This document shows positions 56,891-64,000 of a DNA stretch of 64,000 nt, piece after piece (the stretch's first letter is position 1; each line of letters starts with the position of its first letter). The notes below the pieces were generated by a model that ran no database searches, was not told the origin of the DNA, and saw nothing but the letters and a program-made list of their open reading frames with translations. Position numbers and translations under genes: made by a program. Source of the stretch: an uncultured Pelagibacteraceae bacterium (lineage in GTDB: Bacteria > Pseudomonadota > Alphaproteobacteria > Pelagibacterales > Pelagibacteraceae); contig CACLYO010000005.1 in assembly GCA_902611145.1 (NCBI GenBank), positions 13,154 to 77,153 on the forward strand, written 5' to 3'.

Positions 56891-57931
56891 ATGAGTAAAG
56901 TGGGGGAGCACGTTACTTTAGACATTATTGGAACTAGCAAAGAATATGAGCCAAAATTCTTTGAGAAGTTAGTTTATAAAATTGCAAAAAAAGCTAAGGT
57001 AACGGTACTAGAAATTTCTAAATATAAGTTTGAACCTCAAGGTTTCACTTTGGTAGCTTTATTAGCAGAAAGCCATATCAGTTTTCACACTTTTCCAGAA
57101 AAAGGAATTATTAGTTTTGATTTTTTTACATGTGGAAAGGTGAGCCCAACAGTTGCGTTAGATATTTTAAAAAAAGAAATCAAACATAAGCGAATTATTA
57201 AAAAGGAATTTAATAGAGATACAGTTAGTTATTACGATGACATTTATAGCTCTCCAGGCCTTAAGAAGTTCTATATAGTAAAAAATGTTTTAGAAGATTT
57301 TACATCGAAAGTAGGTCAACATATTGAAATTTTAGATTTAGAACAATTCGGAAAATCTTTATTCATTGATAATGAACTACAAGTGGCAGAAAGTGACGAA
57401 CATTTATATAGTTCCACGTTTGTTAACTCAGGTATTAAACTTAACCCTGCAAAGGATAAATCAGCAATAATTGGTGGCGGAGATGGTGGAGTTGCTAGAG
57501 AATGTATTTCACAAGGATTTAATCTTATAGATTGGTATGAGCTTGATCCTGAAGTAGTTCATGTTTGTGAAAAACATATTTCAAAAATTGGAGAAAAAGC
57601 TACTGCTAAAAATTCTGTGCAGTGTGTTTGGGGTGATGCATTTGAAAGTATAAAGAAAGTTGAAGATAACAAATATGATAAAATTTTTGTAGATTTGAAT
57701 GATGATCAATACTGCATTGATCTTGCAGCAAAAAACATAAATTCATTAAAAAGAATTTTAAAACCAAATGGAACAATAACAGCTCAAGTGGGCAGCCAAG
57801 ACAAAAAACCTAAACAAGTAGATAATTGGCTTAATATGTTTGATAAAAGCTTTGGCAATACATCTCTAGATAGAATTTATATACCAAGTTTTGATTGTTC
57901 ATGGAATTTTGCATCTTCATTAAATAAATAA
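56891..57931 (+). CDS. speD: fused S-adenosylmethionine decarboxylase / spermidine synthase (SpeD-SpeE)
   Basis: N-terminal pyruvoyl cleavage motif LAESHISFHTFPE...DFFTCG; C-terminal aminopropyltransferase motifs Q.I, IIGGGDGG, ELDPEV, GDA. Confidence 0.88.
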   Translation: MSKVGEHVTLDIIGTSKEYEPKFFEKLVYKIAKKAKVTVLEISKYKFEPQGFTLVALLAESHISFHTFPEKGIISFDFFTCGKVSPTVALDILKKEIKHKRIIKKEFNRDTVSYYDDIYSSPGLKKFYIVKNVLEDFTSKVGQHIEILDLEQFGKSLFIDNELQVAESDEHLYSSTFVNSGIKLNPAKDKSAIIGGGDGGVARECISQGFNLIDWYELDPEVVHVCEKHISKIGEKATAKNSVQCVWGDAFESIKKVEDNKYDKIFVDLNDDQYCIDLAAKNINSLKRILKPNGTITAQVGSQDKKPKQVDNWLNMFDKSFGNTSLDRIYIPSFDCSWNFASSLNK

Positions 57932-57988
57932 TTTCTTTTTTAATTTAAATATTTGTGAAATAATTCTCTAAATATATTTGGAGGGATT

Positions 57989-58816
57989 ATGAATATAATC
58001 AAAAAATTCAGCTTAGGATTATTGATAACTTTATTTTTAACAATATCTGCTAATGCTGATAAAATAAAAATAGGAACAGAGGGTGCTTACCCACCTTGGA
58101 ACTCAAAAGATGCTTCAGGTAAACTTATTGGATTTGAAGTTGAATTAGCATGGGCACTTTGTAGATACATGGGAAAACAATGTGTAATCGTTGAACAAGA
58201 TTGGGATGGAATGATTCCAGCACTTATAATGAGAAAGTTCGATGCAATAATGGCAGGAATGTCAATTACTGCAGAAAGACAAAAAGCAATTAGTTTTTCT
58301 CAAGGTTATGCAGATGAAGTTGCTTCACTAGCAGTTATGAAAGGTTCTAGTCTTGAAGGCATGGATACTCCTGCTGGAATAAATTTAACTAAGCCTAACG
58401 CTGCAGCAAAAAAAGCTTTAAAAACTCTTACGGCAGCTTTAGCTGGAAAGACAGTTTGTGTTCAAACGGCAACAATTCACCAAAACTTTTTAGACTCAGG
58501 TGATGTTGGAAAGGTGAATGTAAGAACTTATAAAACACAAGACGAGGTTAACTTAGATCTAGCATCTGGTAGATGTGATGCTGCATTAGCTGCTGCGGTA
58601 GCATTTAGTGATTATGCAGAAAAATCTGGTAAACCAGTTGTTTTAGTTGGACCAACTTTTTCAGGCGGTGCATTTGGTAATGGTGTAGGAGTTGGTATCA
58701 GACAAGATGATACTGAGCTTTTACAAGCTTTTAACAAAGCAATTGATAAAGCGAGAAAGAACGGAGACATTAGTAGAATTGCTACTAAATGGTTCGGTTT
58801 CGACGCATCTATGTAA
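57989..58816 (+). CDS. polar amino acid ABC substrate-binding protein (Arg/Lys/Orn/opine type)
   Basis: GTEGAYPPWN, QDWDGMIPAL, MSITAER, DLASGR.D. Confidence 0.88.
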   Translation: MNIIKKFSLGLLITLFLTISANADKIKIGTEGAYPPWNSKDASGKLIGFEVELAWALCRYMGKQCVIVEQDWDGMIPALIMRKFDAIMAGMSITAERQKAISFSQGYADEVASLAVMKGSSLEGMDTPAGINLTKPNAAAKKALKTLTAALAGKTVCVQTATIHQNFLDSGDVGKVNVRTYKTQDEVNLDLASGRCDAALAAAVAFSDYAEKSGKPVVLVGPTFSGGAFGNGVGVGIRQDDTELLQAFNKAIDKARKNGDISRIATKWFGFDASM

Positions 58817-58829
58817 TTAATTTTAGATT

Positions 58830-58854
58830 TGGCGACTATAATATATAGTCGCCA
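58830..58854 (+). terminator. intercistronic stem-loop after the SBP gene
   Basis: Perfect inverted repeat TGGCGACTATA-ATA-TATAGTCGCCA ending 6 nt before the permease ATG. Confidence 0.7.
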
Positions 58855-58860
58855 GTCTCT

Positions 58861-59553
58861 ATGGAACTTCTAGCATTTGGAAAAACTGGTTGGGGTGATG
58901 AATTATTTATTGCCACTCTGATGACTATTGCTGTTTCAATAACAGCTATGTTTATAGGTTTTCTTTTTGCATTAATATTTACTCCACTTAAATTATCCAA
59001 AAATAAATTTTTTAATCTTATTGGAAACTCTTACACAACAGTAATCAGAGGTGTTCCAGAATTACTAGTAATTTATTTATTTTTTTTTGGTGGAAGTGGT
59101 GCCGTTATGTATGTAGCGTCTATATTTGGGTACAACGAATATATCGAAATTAATGCATTTATAACTGGATCATTTGCTATCGGTATTATATCTGGTGCAT
59201 ATTCAACAGAAGTTTTTAGAGGAGCTATTCAATCTATAGATAAAGGACAGTTTGAAGCTTCACAAGTTTTAGGACTTAAAAGATTCGTTTATTTTTTTAG
59301 AGTAATCATGCCTCAAATGTTAAGACTAGCCATTCCAAATTTGAGTAACGTTTGGCAAATTACTTTAAAAGACACATCTCTAATATCAGTTACAGGTTTA
59401 GTTGAAATAATGAGACAATCATACATTGCTGCTGGCTCAACTAGAGATCCACTTTTCTTTTATTCATTTGCTGCAGTTTTATATTTATTACTTACATTTT
59501 TAAGTATGAAGTTAATTAATAGATTGGAAATTAAATATAGTAGGGGCTTTTAA
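58861..59553 (+). CDS. polar amino acid ABC permease (HisQ/OccQ-like)
   Basis: RGVPELL, AYSTEVFRGA, GQFEA, KDTSL. Confidence 0.9.
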   Translation: MELLAFGKTGWGDELFIATLMTIAVSITAMFIGFLFALIFTPLKLSKNKFFNLIGNSYTTVIRGVPELLVIYLFFFGGSGAVMYVASIFGYNEYIEINAFITGSFAIGIISGAYSTEVFRGAIQSIDKGQFEASQVLGLKRFVYFFRVIMPQMLRLAIPNLSNVWQITLKDTSLISVTGLVEIMRQSYIAAGSTRDPLFFYSFAAVLYLLLTFLSMKLINRLEIKYSRGF

Positions 59554-60230
59554 TGGATATAAGTTTAATGATAACCAGTTTTCCAAAGTTATTAACAGCT
59601 ACCGTTGTAACATTAAAATTATTATCACTATCTTTATTTTTTGGTTTATTTATTGGGTTAGTATTTGCAATTTTAAGATTAAGTAAAAATAAAATTATAA
59701 ATAAATTTGCTTACGCATACTCTTACGTATTTAGAGGCACACCATTACTTGTTCAGATATTTATTATCTATTTTGGTTTAGGACAAATAGAATACTTTAG
59801 ATCAACTTTTTTATGGGTTGTCTTTAAAGAACCCTACTGGTGTGCAATTATAGCATTTGCTTTAAATACCGGGGCCTATACATCGGAAATATTAAGATCT
59901 GCTTTTCAAACAATCAAACCAGGATTTATTGAGGCAGGAAAAAGTTTGGGAATATCTAATAAAATAATTTTTTATAAAATTCAAATTCCTATAGCTATCA
60001 GGCAATCTCTTCCAGCATACGGTAATGAAATTATATTAATGATGAAAGGAACTTCACTAGCAAGCACAGTAACATTGATGGATTTGACTGGAGTAGCAAA
60101 ATATATAATTTCTACAACATTTAAACCTATAGAAGTATTTATTGTTGCTGGTGGTATTTATTTATTTATGACTTTTATAATTCATAATTTTATAAAATTT
60201 TTAGAGAAAAAATATGGCTATTCACAATGA
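59553..60230 (+). CDS. polar amino acid ABC permease (HisM/OccM-like)
   Basis: RGTPLLVQ, AYTSEI, LPAYGNE, KGTSLAS. Confidence 0.9.
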   Translation: MDISLMITSFPKLLTATVVTLKLLSLSLFFGLFIGLVFAILRLSKNKIINKFAYAYSYVFRGTPLLVQIFIIYFGLGQIEYFRSTFLWVVFKEPYWCAIIAFALNTGAYTSEILRSAFQTIKPGFIEAGKSLGISNKIIFYKIQIPIAIRQSLPAYGNEIILMMKGTSLASTVTLMDLTGVAKYIISTTFKPIEVFIVAGGIYLFMTFIIHNFIKFLEKKYGYSQ

Positions 60231-61054
60231 CCAAATTAACAGCACAAGAATTAAATCATTATAAAAATAAGGGATATATTTCTCCAGTAGATGCTTTGAC
60301 CTCTATTGAAGCTAAGGAAATAAGAGATGAAATAGAAAAAATTGAAAAAAACTGGCCAAAAGCGCTAGAGGGAATTAATCGTAACTATGTTCATCTAATT
60401 TCACCAGTTTTTAACAAAGTTTGTTTAAATAAAAATATTTTAGATGCAGTTGAAAGCATCATTGGTAAAAATATTCTTATTTGTGGTACTACGTTATTTA
60501 TAAAAAATCCTAAAGAAAAAGGGTTTGTTAGTTTTCACCAAGATGCAAAGTATATAGGTTTAGAACCTCACAATTGGGTTACAGTTTGGGTAGCAATTAC
60601 TGATGCAAATGAGAAAAATGGTTGTATGAGAATGCTACCAGGTTCACATAAAGAAAATTTAAAACATCATGAAGAAAATTTTGATGAAAATAATTTATTA
60701 ACACGTGGACAAACAATCAAAAATATTTCTCTTGATAAAACTGAGCCTGTAATTCTAAAAGCAGGACAAATGTCATTACATCATCCAAAAATTGTTCACG
60801 GTTCAAGTCTAAATCATAGTGATGATAGAAGAATTGGTTTTGTTATTCAAAGTTATATAGGTAGTAATGTTGATCAAGTGCTAGGAAAAATGTATGTTCA
60901 GAAAGCACGAGGAGAAGATAAATATAAATATCATGAGTATTCTAATATTCCGACAGAACTAATGGGAAGAAAAGAAGTTATTTCTCAAAATAAAGCAAAT
61001 GAAGAATTATCAAAAATTTTTTATTTTAAATCTGAAAAAATTGGAAAGTATTAA
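60227..61054 (+). CDS. PhyH-family 2-oxoglutarate/Fe(II) dioxygenase
   Basis: HQD, VWVAI.DA...NGCM..LPGSH, HGS..N.S...R. Confidence 0.87.
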   Translation: MTKLTAQELNHYKNKGYISPVDALTSIEAKEIRDEIEKIEKNWPKALEGINRNYVHLISPVFNKVCLNKNILDAVESIIGKNILICGTTLFIKNPKEKGFVSFHQDAKYIGLEPHNWVTVWVAITDANEKNGCMRMLPGSHKENLKHHEENFDENNLLTRGQTIKNISLDKTEPVILKAGQMSLHHPKIVHGSSLNHSDDRRIGFVIQSYIGSNVDQVLGKMYVQKARGEDKYKYHEYSNIPTELMGRKEVISQNKANEELSKIFYFKSEKIGKY

Positions 61055-61057
61055 TGA

Positions 61058-61831
61058 ATGAACTGTTTAATTAAATCTATAAATTATTTTCCTGTAAAAT
61101 CTGTTTCGTTTCAAAGCATAGAAACGTCTAGTATAAAAAAAAATTTAGGGATGCCAAATGATAGAATTTTTGCTTTTTCAAGAGGTCTTGATAATAAACA
61201 ATCTAAATTAATTGAAAATAATCCAAATGAAAGAAAGTTAAATAATTTTTTAACTTTAAAAAATTCACCTACTTTAAATAAATATAATTTTTTTTATATA
61301 AATGAAAAATTAACTTTAACATATCAAGAAAAGGAATTATTAACAATTTCACCAGATAATGAAGAAGAACGATTATTACTTACAAATAAATTAACAGAAT
61401 TAGAAACTTCTTTAATTAAACCTATTACTTTATTAAAAAATAAAGATTTTCCTTTTTACGATACTTCACACTCAAACAAAATTTTTAACTCTATGTCTTT
61501 AATAAATCTTAAAAGTGTTGATGATTTTGAAAGTAAAATTAATCAAAAAGTAGAATTTGAAAGGTTTAGAGCAAATTTTTATGTCGAAGGGATTGATGCA
61601 TGGGAAGAACGTAATTGGATTGGAAAAATTATAAAAATTAATAATGTTTCATTTAAAGTAGAAAAAAATATTCCAAGATGTGTTGCTATCAATCTTAAAC
61701 CCAAAACTGATACGACAATAAATTTACTTAAATCTTTAAAGGATCAGTATAATCATTTTGATATGGGTATATATTTAACAGCTTTAGATGATGGTGACAT
61801 AAATGTAGGAGACAAAGTTAATTTTAGCTAG
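61058..61831 (+). CDS. MOSC-domain protein (YcbX/mARC-like, no ferredoxin domain)
   Basis: YFPVKS, DR.FA, RFRANF, WEE..W, IPRC (Moco-ligand Cys), G.I.VGD. Confidence 0.85.
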   Translation: MNCLIKSINYFPVKSVSFQSIETSSIKKNLGMPNDRIFAFSRGLDNKQSKLIENNPNERKLNNFLTLKNSPTLNKYNFFYINEKLTLTYQEKELLTISPDNEEERLLLTNKLTELETSLIKPITLLKNKDFPFYDTSHSNKIFNSMSLINLKSVDDFESKINQKVEFERFRANFYVEGIDAWEERNWIGKIIKINNVSFKVEKNIPRCVAINLKPKTDTTINLLKSLKDQYNHFDMGIYLTALDDGDINVGDKVNFS

Positions 61832-61957
61832 AAACTAAAAGAAATTTTTTTAAGTCAACCTGAGATTGAATTTTTTGTTACTATAAAACTATACAAACAA
61901 CAAAATTTCTAGTTAAATTTTTTTTTTAAAAATAACTTAATAATTAAGGGGAAATAA

Positions 61958-62803
61958 ATGAATAGATTATTTAAATCTTTTACAGTTTTTCTTGTTATCA
62001 TTTTTAGTATTTCTTCTGTTAGTGCAGCAACACTGACTGATAGATTAAAGGATGGGCACAAGTTAAGACTTGGCTTTGGTACTGCTGTGCCATGGGCTTA
62101 TGCAGGTGATAACGGTGAAGCATTAGGTTTCGTTAACATGATTGCTTTGACTGTTTTAGAAGAAATGGGAATTACAGAACATGAAACTAAAGTTTTTGAA
62201 TGGTCTGGCTTGATTCCTGGAATCAACGCAAATCGTTCAGATATGATAACTGGCGGTATGTACATTTTAAAAAGTAGATGTGCAAACATTGACTTTTCTG
62301 ATCCAATAGGTGTTTTTGGTGATGCAATGTTGGTACCGAAAGGAAATCCAAAAAACATTAACAATTACCAAGATGTTATTGATACGGGTGCTAAACTAGT
62401 AACAGGTGCTGGTTTTAATACTGTTGAAGCAGCTAAAAAATTTGGTGTTCCAGATAGCCAAATGTTATTAGTTGAAGGTGAGGTAGGAATACTTGCTGCT
62501 ATGAAAGCAGGAAGAGCTGATGCTGCTGTTCAAACTTTCTTTGGTGCAAAAGAACATGAAGAAAAAACAGGTGGTGCATTTGAAGTTACTGATCCCAAGT
62601 TAATGCCTAAAGAAACTGTTAACGTAGTTGGTATTGGTTTTAGAAAAAGTGATAGTGAGTTCAGAGAAGCTTTCAATGCTGCTTTAGCAAAAGTTATGGC
62701 TAATCCAGCGACTATGTTAGAGAGAGCTGGTAAATATGGGTATGATAAAGCTCAATTACCTCCTTCTGATATGACTACTGAGTGGGCTTGCTCAACTAAG
62801 TAG
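61958..62803 (+). CDS. ectoine/hydroxyectoine-like ABC substrate-binding protein (EhuB-like)
   Basis: PWAY, EWSGLIPG, GMYI...RC...FSDP, LVPKGNP, AGRADA, C-terminal T.EWAC. Confidence 0.75.
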   Translation: MNRLFKSFTVFLVIIFSISSVSAATLTDRLKDGHKLRLGFGTAVPWAYAGDNGEALGFVNMIALTVLEEMGITEHETKVFEWSGLIPGINANRSDMITGGMYILKSRCANIDFSDPIGVFGDAMLVPKGNPKNINNYQDVIDTGAKLVTGAGFNTVEAAKKFGVPDSQMLLVEGEVGILAAMKAGRADAAVQTFFGAKEHEEKTGGAFEVTDPKLMPKETVNVVGIGFRKSDSEFREAFNAALAKVMANPATMLERAGKYGYDKAQLPPSDMTTEWACSTK

Positions 62804-62824
62804 TATTTTTTTATATAATTATTT

Positions 62825-62855
62825 AATCAGGCGATCAAATAACGGTCGCCTGATT
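62825..62855 (+). terminator. intercistronic stem-loop after the SBP gene
   Basis: AATCAGGCGATC...GGTCGCCTGATT inverted repeat with one G-U pair. Confidence 0.7.
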
Positions 62856-62883
62856 TCATTTAATTTTAATTGATGGTTATACA

Positions 62884-63555
62884 TTGAGTTATTTTGCATT
62901 CTTAGCTGAACATGGAACAACACTGTTACTAGGAACAGTAACAACAGTTAAGGTATTAGTTTGTTCAATTATTCTTTATGTAATTATTTCAATGATTTTT
63001 GGATTGATGCGTTTATCCAAGAATCCAATCGTTCAAGGAACAGCGACTGTTTATATAGAATTTTTTAGAGGAACATCTTTATTAGTTCAATTGTTTTGGG
63101 CATATTATGTTCTTCCATTTTTTGGTATTTCATTAGAAGCTTTTACAGCAGGTGTAGCAGCATTAGGTTTGAACTTTGGTGCTTATGGCGCTGAAATAGT
63201 TAGAGGGGGTATATTAGCAGTTCCCAAAGGACAATGGGAAGCTGCGCATGCACTTAATTTTAGTCCAGCAAAAAGAATTAAAAGAATTATAATTCCACAA
63301 ATATTTCCAATTATTTTGCCACCAGCTGCAAACCTAACAGTAGAACTTTTAAAAGCGACGGCACTTGTGGCTTTAGTTACTGTTGTTGATTTAACTTTCG
63401 AAGCAAAACAAATTAATTCTATTACGTGGCTTTCAGCGCAATGTTTTGGAACAGCTTTACTAATTTATTATTTTATGGCGAGGTTTGCGCTTGTACCATT
63501 TTTAAGATGGTTAGAGGTTTTAGCTGCAAAAAAAGTAGGAAGAGGAAAGGCTTAA
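62884..63555 (+). CDS. EhuC-like ABC permease
   Basis: YIEFFRGTSLLVQLFW.YYVLP, GAYGAEIVRG, GQWEA; TTG start. Confidence 0.8.
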   Translation: MSYFAFLAEHGTTLLLGTVTTVKVLVCSIILYVIISMIFGLMRLSKNPIVQGTATVYIEFFRGTSLLVQLFWAYYVLPFFGISLEAFTAGVAALGLNFGAYGAEIVRGGILAVPKGQWEAAHALNFSPAKRIKRIIIPQIFPIILPPAANLTVELLKATALVALVTVVDLTFEAKQINSITWLSAQCFGTALLIYYFMARFALVPFLRWLEVLAAKKVGRGKA

Positions 63556-63556
63556 T

Positions 63557-64000
63557 ATGGAAATGGGATTTAAGTGGGATTTTGCTTATGAAATTTTACC
63601 ACAAATGTTACTGGCAACTTTAAATACTATAATTGCTGCAGGTGTAGGTTATGCAATAGCTTTGGTTGTAGGATTATTTTTTTTACTTGGCCAAAGAACT
63701 CCTTATAAAATTATAAATGTAATCAACAGAGAGATAGTTGAATTCATCCGTTCAACGCCACTTTTAATACAATTATTTTTTGTTTACTTTGTATTACCTC
63801 AATTTGGCATAAAATTATCAGCATGGTTATGTGGAATGATTACTATTGGCCTACATTTTGGAACTTATCTTTCAGAAGTTTATAGGGGAGCGTTAGAAGG
63901 TGTATCAAAAACACAATGGGAAGCTTGTAGAGCGCTAAACTTCTCAACTGTATACACTTATAGAAGAATAGTTTTACCTCAAGCGTTTCCTATAGCTATT
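63557..64000 (+). CDS. EhuD-like ABC permease (3'-truncated by window edge; not in ORF track)
   Basis: ATG at 63557: MEMGFKWDFAYEILPQ...EFIRSTPLLIQLFF...YLSEVYRG...QWEA. Confidence 0.85.
   Translation, partial: MEMGFKWDFAYEILPQMLLATLNTIIAAGVGYAIALVVGLFFLLGQRTPYKIINVINREIVEFIRSTPLLIQLFFVYFVLPQFGIKLSAWLCGMITIGLHFGTYLSEVYRGALEGVSKTQWEACRALNFSTVYTYRRIVLPQAFPIAI

Noticed and set aside
861-62364. Numerous short ORF-track entries antisense to or nested in longer genes (e.g. 861-1073, 4539-4757, 15609-15908, 26190-26564, 37362-37784, 40688-40906, 62098-62364)
   Set aside because: They are shadows of well-supported genes, with no recognisable motifs.
63426-63623. 65-aa ORF spanning the ehuC/ehuD junction
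   Set aside because: It is an out-of-frame overlap; the real downstream gene starts at 63557.
1-64000. CRISPR arrays, IS elements, rRNA, long tandem repeats, CtrA boxes and phase-variable poly-A tracts
   Set aside because: No regularly spaced repeats, transposases or rRNA-like segments were seen. TTAA-N7-TTAA motifs and A/T homopolymers are too common at this AT content to be informative.

Overview
This is a very AT-rich (roughly 28-30% GC by eye), gene-dense chromosomal window with very short intergenic spacers. Its gene content and style point to a SAR11/Pelagibacterales alphaproteobacterium (inference). From left to right it holds: SMP-30 (partial), ccdA, EamA, a TauD-family dioxygenase, an IMPase, an autotransporter, and a GATase + Dpp/Opp ABC + CMD operon. 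Next comes a two-photolyase UV-repair cluster with an apparently Fe-S-free (6-4) photolyase, an inverted-topology short photolyase, a DUF2256 gene missed by the ORF track, and a near-perfect Irr/ICE palindrome. This is followed by a run of small genes, ETHE1 and Prx6, and a ~14 kb candidate organosulfonate catabolic neighbourhood: racemase, hpsN, pta, Ldh_2/ComC-like, tauABC with a giant TauC, an aminotransferase and ald. After it lie a SET-domain gene, FAD oxidoreductases, a double-wHTH protein facing a tail-anchored small protein, DUF4422 and a PQQ dehydrogenase. A type II restriction-modification cassette and a phage-like ORF flank tRNA-Met. The right end carries guaC, a surface-sugar cluster, an apt/mtnP/mtnA/aldolase/speD-speE SAM by-product salvage locus and two polar amino-acid ABC systems. 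No CRISPR array, rRNA, transposase or integrase was seen. All calls come from motif recognition by eye; no database searches were run.
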